DNA from: Rhizodiscina lignyota
Taxonomy: Eukaryota
Length of the DNA stretch: 64,000 nt
Assembly: GCA_010015805.1 (NCBI GenBank)
Contig: ML978121.1
Location: 620,001 to 684,000 of the forward strand
Direction: 5' to 3'
Below the pieces are notes generated by a model. The model did not search any database and was not told the DNA's origin. It was given only the letters and a program-made list of their open reading frames with translations. The position numbers and the translations under genes are program-made. Below, in pieces: positions 10,429 to 22,427 of the stretch (position 1 is the stretch's first letter; each line of letters opens with the position of its first letter).

Positions 10429-12332
10429 ATGTCTAGTCTTACACCTCGTTCTCCTTACTCCAAGGAGGAGTTAGAGAAGCTCTATCCTAAAGACCTCCAA
10501 CTACAACTTGTCCAAATAGTATGTCTCTTTCCTTACATAAGACATGTGATTTGGTTACACCACTAACGCTCAAATTAGCTCCTCAGACATGGTCAGTTCC
10601 ATACACGATCCATGATGTAGTGGAGAGTCTCACATTTGTCAGGGGAGAGAAGTCCGGTGTCTCCAAGGTTCAGAAATGTGAGTTCGAAGAGTTACATGAA
10701 TTCGGCCACGGGCTTACAAGTCTTAGGCCGGCCTCCACCCTTGTAGGCTATGATATCCGCTTCTGCCAAAACCTTTGCTCACCAGCACCTAGACTGGCCG
10801 TACTGCAATGCTGCTCGTCGGATGAGGGGTGTCATTCTTGGCAGTGAGGATCATTCCAAGTGGGACGTGATGGAGTACCGAAGGCGACTCGAGACTTTTG
10901 GTCAGGACGATGGCCCAATTGTTGCGTCAGGTCCAGGGAGCGAGTTTGATTCCATTTGGTTTGTTTCCTTTTTGGGCGGCGAGAGGGGCATATGTGCTAA
11001 TGCTCGAAACAGTCAGCCTGGAGAGCTCACAGACAAGGGCCGGGAAACCACGTTGGCATTGGGCGAACGCCTCAGGCACCTTTACGTTGAACAGTTGAAG
11101 TTCATGCCGCGATTGATTTCAGACAGTGATATGATATATCTACGTGCTACACCGCTCCCTCGAGCTCTGGAATCCGTGGAACAGACGTTCTGGGGTTTTT
11201 ACCCACCAAGCGCACGTACTGCGGACTTCCCACCACCGACCATTCTTACCAGATCCCCAGCGGATGAGACACTGTACCCCAACGATGGAAATTGTCGAAG
11301 GTTCGCACAAGTCACCAGAGCATTCGCTCAAAGAACAGCTGATAGATGGAATGATACTTCCGACATGGCATATCTCACCAGACTCATCGGCAAGTGGATG
11401 CCAGATGATTCCAATCGCGTTGCAGTTGATTCACATCCGCGACTTTCTGGCATCATGGACACCATTAATTCAACCCTTGCCCACGGTCCAGAAACTAGAC
11501 TTCCGAAGGAGTTTTACGACAAGAAAGCCGCCGAGATAATCGATAGGATCGGGGTTGAAGAATGGTTCTCCGGCTACGCTGAGTCTCGAGAATATCGAAT
11601 GCTCGGTATTGGCGGACTCATGGGTGATGTTGTAGGTCGTATGGCAGGCAGCGTTGAGCGCCGCGGCAATGATGGACTCGTGCAAATTGGGGGTGAGAAT
11701 GGCGAGCTTGGAAAAGGTCGAGGAGGAGAGACGAATATCAAATTCGCACTTTCTGGCTGCCACGACACGACTCTTGCAGGCGTTCTTTCCAGTCTTGGGG
11801 CTTTCGATGGTGAAAAGTGGCCTCCGTACACCAGTCACATCGCATTTGAGCTCTTCCAGAAAGAACCATTGCCAGCGCCAAGTATAGCTCCCGGTCAAAC
11901 ATCAGCAAATGACAACGCATTGCCGGCGGCAAAACAGACACAGAGCTGGTGGTCATCTCTGTTCGGAAGCACAAAAAGTATCAGAAATGCGAGCGTCCTT
12001 AAGCCAGAAGGAATGTCTCGAAAGACCGTGGACGAGCTGACCGAGAACGAGCGGCAGAAGTTGAACGGGTATTTCGTTCGTGTTCGTTATAACGACCGTG
12101 TGATGACCATTCCGGGCTGCAAGAACGCTGGCAATCACCTGGAGGGGGACGAGTCTTTTTGTACCCTGGTATGCGCAACTCGAACTACTTATACCAGCTT
12201 GACTAATTCGTTGCATAGGAGGCATTCAAGGCCATTGTGGACAAATACACACCGAAGCATTGGAAGAAGGCATGCATTACCAATCTCGACGAACCGGCAT
12301 TTCCAGAGAAGCCGGAACCGGGAGGCTATTGA
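10429..12332 (+). CDS. Histidine acid phosphatase family protein (multi-exon)
   Basis: Spliced N-terminus LQLVQI|LLRHG|ERSPVSPRFRN|AGLHPY|WPYC gives the RHGxRxP motif. Also GELTDKG, RALES and GCHDTT (HD motif). Last exon EAFKAIVDKYTP...GGY*. Confidence 0.9.
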
Positions 12333-12805
12333 TGGCCAGTTTCATGTCCTCAGCACCTCCTCGACTATTACTATGCTCGAAGACTTACATAGATTGGCGT
12401 TACACTTTACCTTGTGGGATACAACTTTCGCCTGTCCCGAAATGTTCCGATTTTCAATGCTCAATATCCCCATCTCGATATCACTCCGATCACTAATTGT
12501 TCCGGGCTCACATCTGCCAAGGTCCTTTATATTGTTGCCAACTGGGGATTAGGAGAAACCTTGGCGACGGAAATAGAATAAGCTCAAGTCTGTGGGGTGC
12601 AGAGCTTGAAATACTGTTTTATATTAGTATACAGCCGCACATCTACGATGTCTAAGAAAGTAGTCGTGTCACCTTTTCAAGTGTACATGAAGATACGCCT
12701 TCTTTATCTTCAAACCCCCAAAACCAAAGATAGTTCGATCCTTTCGCTAGAAGTGTATTTCTCGCGAGCTTGACTACTCACAGACCGCATGGGTGGGGGC
12801 CCGGA

Positions 12806-14379
12806 CTATCTGTCGAAGGACTCAATGGCCATCGTTCCCGGAGCTGACTCTCTCTTTTCCTTTGGAAAACCATCCTCCTTCGTAGCTTCGAGATTGCGGA
12901 ACTCCATTGTCTGTCTTGCCATTTTTCTACTCAAGTCTGACAGCATTCGCCGCTGACGGCTGGTAGTAAAGTTTCTGAACCCATTCCACACCTCCATTCG
13001 CGGTTCAAGGTCAGGTTTGCGATCCGGATTACTGGCCATGTCCCGCAGCTCTCTAAGCACATTTCTCTGCTCGTAGCCTTTCAATTTGGAAAATCTGCGG
13101 GTGAGATCTTCTGCCAAAACACGCTCGTGCATCTGGTCGCCCTCACTCCCATCCTCGTGACGGTTCCGCAAACTCTCCAGCGGTTCCCAACCCGTCTTCG
13201 CCCAGTCGCCGCTCTTGCCACCAGCCTTCTGTACGACGTGGCAGCCGCTAATTTTCATCAGTTTGTCAACAGCCTTTCCCATATCGAAAACGGTGAGCGC
13301 TGTAACCATTGCGGCGTGCAGAGCTTCCATTTCTACGCCAGTCTGCCCCACGCTCTCGCACTGGGCTTCAATCAAGACTCCACCCTTATAAGCTTCCAAC
13401 TTTCCAGCTCCACTAAGTCGTACTGCCAGATCTCGTCGCCATGATGGAACGCCTGTGAACAGCTCTAGATCGACTGTGACGCCAGTTAATGGAATGGGAT
13501 GGCATAGAGGAACGATGTCTGGTGTCCGCTTTGCAGCTTGGATTCCAGCCAAGCGTGCTACTGACAGTACATCTCCTTTTGCAATTTCGTTCTTCTGGAT
13601 TAGCGCTGAGGTGTCGGAGTTCGAGAAAAATACGCAGGAAACGGCAGTAGCAGTTCTGATGGTGACCGGCTTCTGGGAGACTGTAACCATGTGGGCTGCA
13701 CCCTGCTTATTGACGTGTGTGAGGCTCGTTGCAGGGGACGCTTCAACTTCTTCCGTGTTGCTCTGGTCAAGTTGCTCCTTCACTGCCCTTTCGAGCGGGT
13801 GATTCTCAGAGTCTGACTCATGAACCCTAGTTCCATGGAAGCGAATCATACTATCCCCGCTCTTGGGTTCCCGGTTCGCTTTGGTTAATCGTTGTAGCCG
13901 TGCTAAAGCTTCCGCTTTCCTCTCGTTGGCTAGCCCTCGCGCTTGTCCAAGAAGCGTGCCAATGTCCCTTTCGATCTCCTCAAGGCTTCTTGGTCCTGTT
14001 CCATTGTCGGTGGCCTGAAGCTCACCAGTCTCTTTGCTAGGTTCTCTAGTTGATGCCTGGGCTGTCCCGTCTTGCCCACTTCCACTCTTTGGTTCTGTGC
14101 TGCTCAAAGGGATATCGACATCGTCATCATCATGGAAGTCCTGAGTCTGCTGTCGCTCTTGCCGGTTTTCATGCTTAAGAGGACGCCGCGCTAATTTCGA
14201 GCCCCATGTTGTGAATAGTCTGGCTTGGGATGGCAGGAACCGCGTTTCTGAACATAAGCCCGGAAGCACGTGGGGCGGGACAGAGAGAGGCCATCTTGCT
14301 GAAGTTAGAGGGATTCCAGAGGATCGTAAGCTTGCCACTGAGCTACTTTGGATTGGAGCGTTGCTACTGGCAAAGCCAT
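12806..14379 (-). CDS. MOCS1B: Linker plus MoaC (cPMP synthase, MOCS1B) exon of the MOCS1/cnxABC locus
   Basis: LTHVNKQGAAHMVTVSQK, KGDVLSVARLAGIQAAKRT, PLCHPI, GQTGVEMEAL and KAGGKSGDW are canonical MoaC motifs. An acceptor TGCTGATGTTGTTGCAG ends at 14380. Confidence 0.92.
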
Positions 14380-14592
14380 CTGCAACAACATCAGCACTTG
14401 AAGTACGCACGCAACATTCACCATAGAATTGAGAACGGATAACGTGATTATACGATCTATTTTCTAGATCAAGTGAAGGGACATTGGTATCGAACGCCGT
14501 CCCATGCTCCGAGACATGCATCCAAACAGTTCATGAAATGATCGTAAAGACATGTAATCATCGCTCGTAATGAATGCCTTCGTAGAAGAACG

Positions 14593-16115
14593 TTACCCAC
14601 CAATCAATATCATCGGCCGATTCTCCATGTTCTCCAACTCTCCCATGCCAGCATGTTTCTCCTTCTTCCGTTTTACTGCCGCGCCAATCACACCCAGCAG
14701 CTCTCGTTCGCGCGCTCCCCAGCCGAGTGGTGTACCTGGAGGTAGAAGGCCTTGGTGGCGATCCATTTCGACCCGTTTTAAAGCCTCGAATGCTTCATCG
14801 TCTATTGGCTTACCCCCATTGCCTTTTCGTAATAGGTCACGCAGTGATACTTCTGCGTTCCCATGGAGACAAACTTTCAGGTTGCCATCAGTTGTGATGC
14901 GGAGGCGGTTGCATGTTCCGCAGAAGTCGTCTGTCATACTTGTGATGAAGCCGATTTTGCCGACGAAACCTGGAATTTCATAAGTCTTGCTGGTGTCGTT
15001 CTTGTGTCCTGTAACCCTTTGCACATCAGGATACTTGGCTCTTATCATATCAAGCATCTCGCCATATGGGAACATCTTCTCTTGCTCCCACTTATTACCG
15101 CCAAATGGCATGTACTCGATAAATCGCACCTCGAGGTCCTTGTCGCGGGCGAACTCTACGAATGGGATGATTTGATCGCGGTTGACTTTGCGCATGACGA
15201 CACAGTTGACCTTCAGCTTGATATTTGCGCCCAGGCTCTTCATTTCCAGTATTCGATTAATACTCTTCATCACCGCGCTATAACCATCCGTCCTTGTTAT
15301 GATCTTGAACATGGCCGGATCGAGCGTATCAAGGCTCAAATTGACCCCAGTTAGACCAGCATCTACCATACTATCCAGTTTACGGTGTAACGCGAAGCCG
15401 TTGCTCGTCAATGCTAGCTCCTTTAGACCTTTAGAGCGTAGCGAACCGATCGAGTGCATGAGAGGTAGGATGTCCCGTCGAACAGTCGGTTCGCCACCCG
15501 TTAACCGGATTTTGGTGACACCCTCTGAGACGAAGAGGGAAGAGAGGTAGTATATCTCAGGGGAAGTGAGTAGGTGTTCCTTTGGCGACAATTGTACGCC
15601 CTCTAATTAAAGTTAGCTCGGTGTCGCCTACAACGTGCCTGTCTACGCTCACCCGCTGGCATACAATATGTACAACGGAAGTTACATCGCTCGGTGATGC
15701 TGATGCGCAAATAGTCATGGTGGCGATTGAACGTATCCGTGAGGAACTCGGAGAACGGCTTTGCCTGCTTTATAGCTTCGCGTCTGCTCGACAGCGGTGA
15801 AGGTCTTCTAGGGTCTACGGCGAGGTCTGACGATTGGGGAGGAATCTCGACACGAGGCTGATGTATAGAAGCCGCCGTAGCAGCAGTCCTGAACCGCGTT
15901 GGAGCTTTATTCCAGCCATTGCCACTGGCTCGAGATGCAATGGTGAACGCATTGCGACAACTTCGAACCTTCGTTCGGCATATAAAACCTTCCGCCATGA
16001 TCTGTGTAGTTACAGCTCCACAGAGCGAGAGAGAAACTTCATGTAACCATGTCGCGCGAGTGTGGAAGCAGTGCTGAGCCCAACGTACTTTTTGCCATCG
16101 CATATCGGCTGCCAT
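14593..16115 (-). CDS. MOCS1A: MoaA radical-SAM GTP 3',8-cyclase (MOCS1A), 2 exons
   Basis: [19 protein letters not shown] (CX3CX2C), [28 protein letters not shown] and C-terminal RPMILIGG*. The start ATG is uncertain (16115, 16100 or ~15998). Confidence 0.95.
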
Positions 16116-16407
16116 TTGCGATGACTAACGGATGATCACTGCCCGATTTAGCGTACATAGGCGTTGAACCCCGTGTCGAACTCGCTTGGGCCGCATAACG
16201 AGGCATTCAATATGGACGAATAAGGAGGCACCATCGTGACCGATCGGTCTATTTTGTATTTGCTGTTGTGTTCACCTGAACCCAGAACAGCGCCTTTCAA
16301 TCGATGAAAGAAAGTTATCCACACTGCTCAGTCTAACTCTACCTTCAAACCACTTCACATCAAGGTCGAACTGTGTATCAGAGCATGAGGATTGACTCTT
16401 ACGGAGC

Positions 16408-17855
16408 ATGGCGCCGCCAACAACATCTTTCACAACCTCCCGGATAAATGGGTCAACTTTCCTGATTGTAGAGACTGACGATTACGGTGAATGGCCATTC
16501 ATCTATGCAAAGCAACATCCGACTGAGCCGATTCTCATCCTATCTGATACGGGCTGTAATGCCCCCCGGGACAAGTCAGTCAAGCTTTCCAATCTTCGCG
16601 AGTATCTGGAAACATATCCTATCTTCGAAAATGGAGGAAGGCCCCTTAATCCAATCGTGAAGAGTAATGATGGGAAAGGGTCTTGTGAGAGAGAATACGT
16701 CGTGATTTGTTCTGTAAGTCGATGCTGCCTGCGTTGAGCGTCAGTTCTTATCTTGTGTCTTTGGTTTCTATATTTGCACTTAATTTCATTTCTAATTGTC
16801 AATCCTAGCACTGCCATTACGATCATATCGGCTGTATTGAAGCGTTCTCGACCACCACAGCCCAGAACACAACGAAATCATTCATCGTAGCATCATCACA
16901 CGACCCAGATTTCATCCTCAAGGATCTTCCCACGCATTCTCTTTGCCGCTTCAAAGACCCACCAATCGAGACACCGAAATACAGTATCACGCACTGGGCC
17001 CATGATTACGGCAAACTCTACGCAGATCCGGAGCAGGGCATCTACGTGAGAGGCAAATTGCCGAAGATTCAAGATGTCAGCCACTTAAAGTCACTTGGCA
17101 TCACTTTCTTGCACACGCCCGGGCACACCCCTGATTCTCTAGCATGGTGGGATGAAGACGAGCGATGGCTGTACGGTTCGTGAATCAGATCCTTTACCTT
17201 ATCACAAAGGAATTGAAGACTAATCCCCATTCAAGTTGGAGACTCCTTCTACGAGCGCCAGAAAGAAGACATGCCCATCATCTTCCCCGCAGAAGGCAAT
17301 CTGCTGCACTTCTTTCACTCAATGCAGCATTTGCTCATCTTCGTTCGATCCGAAAACGCTGCCGAAGAGCGGAGGACAGCAGAGAGGGAGCGCGAGAGCA
17401 AGCACGATTTTGAAGTGCTCTCACGACGCATCAAGGTCGGCTGTGCACACCAAACCGCAGGCGAAGATGCCGAGGAAATGATCATGGCTACTCTGCGACT
17501 GATTATGGCTATCGTGGCTGGCAAGGTACCGGTCATCAGTTCGAAAATGCAGCGCGGCGAGCCAGTGGATTTGTGGCGGGAGTCGAAGAAGGCACGGTTC
17601 TCAGTCCTTGGCCCGAGACGCTTGATTGAGGACGTCAGAGACGAGATCGAACGGTGCAAGCGCGAAAAGAGGCCAATACCGCTCGATTTCAACAAATCAG
17701 TAGAAGACATAGCGGTGCCGCAGAAACTTTGTGGTCCAACGTGTCAAGGCAGGGTACGGCAAGAGAGGCGACTCAATGCTCCAAGGTTTGTAATGTACAG
17801 CTCGAGCACTACTGCTATCTCTCTGCCTGGGCCATTTGCGGCCGATCCAAGATAG
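16408..17855 (+). CDS. Metallo-beta-lactamase-fold hydrolase (3 exons)
   Basis: LILSDTG, spliced S|HCHYDHIG (HxHxDH), HTPGHTPDSL, GDSFY and later GCAH. Confidence 0.85.
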
Positions 17856-17900
17856 AAACGGGTATCGAAAATGAAGTACATATATGCCAATCGACCCTCC

Positions 17901-20900
17901 CTATGCATCTATCATCTCTTCATCAGCTTCGCCATCAGCATCAGCATCAGCATCAGCGTCCGCATCCTCATCAGCATCGCCATTATTGACCTCTGCACCA
18001 TTTGCTCCTCCAATTCCAGCTACCAAATCCACATCACCTTCTGCATCGCCCTCCGCGTCGACATCATCCGCTTCCGCGCCAGCTTCAGTATCGTCATTCG
18101 CTTCATTCTCTTCCCCAGCGTTCCGTACCATATCTTGTTGCTCAGTCTCGCTGTCCTCGATTCCATTCACGACCTCACCAAGCTTGCTTCTAGTTCTCCT
18201 CGCTGCTGCTGCCGCACTCGCACCCATTCCCGTAGGAGTGTCAAGACCTCCAGCTGCGCCGTTAGTATATGACAGTGACAGATTTCGAGGGGTGTTGGGT
18301 CTGCGTCTGGATCCAAACGGTCTGGACGATCGCCTCTTAGATGAGGAAGTTGAGTACTTGGTATTGCTCTTGGCGCCTTTCAAATGAGGGAAGACCTGGA
18401 ACCTTGAAGGCGGAATTTGAGCCATCAAAGTCTCATCCGAAGGTACAGATGTAGTATCGCCAAACCCGCCATTCAACTTGGGCGTGGACGGGTTGGTCTG
18501 TCCCGGTGATTGTAGCTCAAGCTCACCAGCCGGTGTCACTAACATGTCGGTGTCTTCATCTTCTCCGTTCGTGACATGCGACGCTTGACTCTTTGCCTGT
18601 TCCATTTGCACTCCTTCTTCGGCTTCTTCTTCTTCATCTTCTCCATCTTCATCCTCCCTTTGCGCCACGGTATGTATGGCCGGTCCGTCTTCGTAATGCG
18701 AAAGATTGTTTCTTCCCATGACGTATGGTACCCACATCAGCGCGTCTGGATTGATCTTGGGATGTGGCTTCTTCTCGTTTTTGGTGATGTACTCTCGGAA
18801 GTAGTCATAGTCTAGCCGAAGCGCGTACGTCTTTGTGATCGGATCGCGAACTAGAGCGCGCAGGCCTTCGAGCGCAGAGACGATATCATCGGGAGTCATA
18901 CCGGTCCGTTCCGAGAGCGCGGTTATGCTGATTGGGCCTTTCTGATCGAGAAGCTGTTTACACAGCACGAGTCGCCAGTAACCGCGGTAGGAAACGAGAC
19001 CCATGTCACTGAGAGGTTTCTCAGGGCTGCCCGTTTTCTGCTCCACTCGGGTAAGCAGATAGGAGAATTCGATGAGGAAGTGACCGAAGCCTTTGCGCTG
19101 GTGGATCGGCAGGACCAGGATACAAGATACGTTATTCAAGCTACTCGGTCGCTTTTCTTTAGAGAAGTAGCCCACGAAGTGGTGTCCGAACTCGTCACTC
19201 TCGGTCATAACGTAGAAGAGGAAAGGTTCCACGTCGTAGTAGAGAGTCTTTGAGCCAAGAAACAGCTTTGCAAGAAGGCAAAGATTCTGGCAATAAACAG
19301 GGTTTTTACGACCATCGACTTCGAAGAATGAATATTTGCCATCACGATAAATTTCGTCACCAGGCGGGTTCTTTGCAGGACATTTAAGCTAGAACACCAT
19401 CAGTCACCGTTCTTATCACTGTGCATTAGGGTACCGTACCTTGTGTCGCCACGCTACATAGTCGGAGTTCATGTACTTCAGACAGAACTCGCAAATGTAG
19501 AGCACGCGATTCCTGCTGTATTCTTCTGGATATGGTGCAGCATGCCACGTATCTATTTCGTAGCCGCCGAAGTTGATGCACTTAATCTTGCTTGGGGGTC
19601 CGGAGGCTTTCGGGGTCGGCTTGGCAGCGTCCATTGCGATCAGAGCTGCTGTCTTCTCCCTCCACGCCTTTTCTGCTAGCTGTCGCGCATGCTCGAAGCG
19701 TTCGCGGTCGGTCTTTTCGGGAAATGTCTTAGAGGTATCCGCTTCGGCTTCTGAAAGGATGCCGCCGTAAGGCTTCTTCAGCTCGTCCGACTCCCGGTCA
19801 TTCAGGAACAGGCTTTGCACGTATGTGCTCTGGATCGCAGGATAATGTGATGGTTCCACATTAGGAACGATTTGTGGTGTTGCCATGATTTTGCGCTTAT
19901 CGCGATTGGTGCGTTTCTTCTTCTGCTTTTGCGACAGGATCGCCTGAAGGCGTACAGGGTCAAGGTTAAACGATACAATTCCTATACCACCCTCAACGAG
20001 CGTTACGAGTGGCTTTTGTGACTGGCGAAGGCGTCGTGTTCTGCGCAGTCTTGGTGAAGACTCTTCATCAGTTACTGCGTCCTTAGTGCCGTCAATCGCA
20101 AGCTCTTCGGTAGCTGCCACTCGTGTTGCTTTTGGTGAAGCGGACGATGTTATTGCAGCATCACCGTCACTCGCAGATGCAGAGTCGGAAGGTCTCCTGC
20201 GCTTTCTTTCCGGCCGGCGTGTTGTGCCTGCCTCATCTGACGCCTTTCTTTTTCTAAGCGAGCGCGAGCCATCCATGGGATCATCGTCGAGAATGAGGGT
20301 GTTAAACACTGAATGTGAGTCAGGCTTAATCGCTCCACGATGTGCTGGCAGCAAATCGCGCGTGATTTTGGGCGCAGAGGAGCGTCTGCGTGACGACGAT
20401 GCACCCATTTGCTTTGCGTCTGGCTGTAGATCATTTTCAACGCAATTACTGCATCGCCAATTTTCTGGCTCTTTATCACAATCAGCTTGTGAGACAGCAC
20501 TGTTTGCACGTTGATATCCCTTACCATCTTCAGGCCCAAGAGAGTTAGCGTCGCGGGCGCATTGCCGATGAGCTGCAGGACAAGCACATTAGGTCAGCCA
20601 AGCTACTATCCGTTTCTGCAACCGCAAAGCTTGGACAAATATAAAAACTTACCGTTATCCCCGCACACTGCGCAGGAAAGATATTCCTCAAATTCCTCGC
20701 CAGGGTCGTTGTCTTCGTCTTGTCCACAGAATCTACTATCATGTTAGCAAATTCCAATTAATTCTGTAATATTTGGAATCCAATATAGCGGCAGCGAGAC
20801 TCACATGCACCTGTTTGGGTCGACGGTTTCTGCTTCCGCTTCTTCACCAGCGTCGCTTTCCGCCTCCCATTCATTCTCTTCGTCAGATTCACTGCTCACG

Positions 20901-21247
20901 CCCGAGTTTTTATCACTGTCGCTCTTTGCGTCTTCATCAGATGTTTCGATGACCGCATCTTCGTCTCCATCTTCCGATGCAGATTCCTCTTTCTCTGCTC
21001 TTCTCTTCTTGGCTGGCTTTATGGGGCTCTCGGGCTCTTCTTGTGCCTCAAATTCATCGTCGACATCCTCACCCTCCGCATCGACATCAGAGTCCTGCGC
21101 ATTCTCTCCCTCGGAGTGGATGCCATTCACAACCATTGGTATAGGTGTCTCTACGTCTTCCTCAAACTCTGCGTCCATTTCGCTGTTCTGTTCCTCTTCC
21201 TCCTCCATCCTGTCCCCTTCCACGGCCGCGCCAGGCTCAGAGGCCAT
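17901..21247 (-). CDS. SAS3: MYST-family histone acetyltransferase with PHD finger
   Basis: Acidic N-terminus, spliced PHD (C.FC...CAVCGDN.HRQC...WRCSNC), then MYST core [55 protein letters not shown]. Acidic tail. Confidence 0.92.
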
Positions 21248-21929
21248 AGCGTACGTTATGACCGTCGCCAACTTGGACGCAAGGAAATCCAGAGCTGCGA
21301 TCTTTTCCCAGTGTAGCTACGAAACTTGTTGGTCGCTCGCGCAGTATAAAAGGCTGACTTGAGCCATGCGATGACTCTCTTTAGCGGGTGGTGATGAAGT
21401 TGTTGCGCCACGTCCTGCTTTGCTTCGACGAGCGGGATCTCGGGCTAATTCTGCGCGACTTTCTCGCGTATGATCGTGATATAGTGTCGCATGGATGCAA
21501 AGACGATGTCTATATAGTGATAGAGTGGTAATTAGCATATACATTGATACTGGTTGAGGTGGACGTCGTGCGCGCCTCCACAGGCGTTCAGAACCACTTT
21601 GTTGCGTAGAACGGGGGTGCAAATCATACCTCTAGGAGCGCTGCAATGGCCCACGCGTATGGAACGATCAATAAGAGCCCTTATGGGTATTGCAGTGAAG
21701 CTGGGGTCTCCAACGCTCGCGAGAGGGCGACCTGACAGGAAGTCGCGCTTTAGTTTTAGCCGATGTTTCGCCACAGATAAACCGCCACCCGACTCCCGCA
21801 ATGCCAAGCATCGTGCCTTGTACCTTACTTCCACCTCTTGGAATGCTCCACGGCTCCGAGGTCTCTCAACTCTCAATTGCCAGGCGCAACAACTCTTGAT
21901 CTTGCACCGCTTGCACCATTCCTTCAACC

Positions 21930-22413
21930 ATGGGTGTCCCCTTCGAGGCGCTGCTCCCGTATGGGATTATGATTGGGGTACGTCTGTGGAACAGCTCTGC
22001 TGCTATATCTCTCTTCTCCGATGTGAGCCTGACACAATGATACCTTCAGATGTTCGCAGTGACGGGTGGCTCTCTGTCCGTAATCAGATGGATTCAGAAT
22101 GGCGGCAAACCAGGACGTCACGCACTGGATCAATGGGATAGGGTATGATCACCAAAATCCACGCGCATTCATCTCAAGCTAACTACCCGACAGCAAAGTA
22201 GGCAATATCTTCCTCTTCCACGGCCATAAATACTGATACGTGCAGTGATGGAGCGGGACCGAAGATTAACAGGCTTCCTGCGCGGCCAATCCGACCAACC
22301 GCACGCACCAGACGGATTCGAGTTGAACAACCCTTGGAAGGCATGCAATTCCTTTCCGGATTCAATTGAGCGTTACTGACACAATGCAACAGCTCGAGAG
22401 GAGAATATACTAG
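21930..22413 (+). CDS. NDUFA1: NADH:ubiquinone oxidoreductase MWFE subunit (NDUFA1-like), 5 exons
   Basis: Hand-spliced: MGVPFEALLPYGIMIG|MFAVTGGSLSVIRWIQNGGKPGRHALDQWDR|Q(M)|MERDRRLTGFLRGQSDQPHAPDGFELNNPWK|LERRIY*. PFEALLPY and DQWD..MMERDRRLTG match fungal MWFE. Confidence 0.92.
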
Positions 22414-22427
22414 ATTCCCTTGCTCTA

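Noticed and set aside
14380..14521. Independent MoaC gene starting at ATG 14521
   Set aside because: This segment lies inside the predicted 221-nt intron, only ~70 nt from the MoaA stop. Phase-matched splice sites explain the frame better, though an independent start is not formally excluded.
17754..17989. Alternative MBL intron giving a His-Gln-rich tail antisense to SAS3
   Set aside because: The branch site is weak, and the HQHQ run is just the reverse complement of the SAS3 Asp-Ala repeat.
17871..18387. Ser/Ala- and Ile/Ser-rich plus-strand ORFs (also 20805-21362, 27776-29294)
   Set aside because: These are antisense shadows of acidic or coiled-coil coding sequence in SAS3 and the Uds1 gene.
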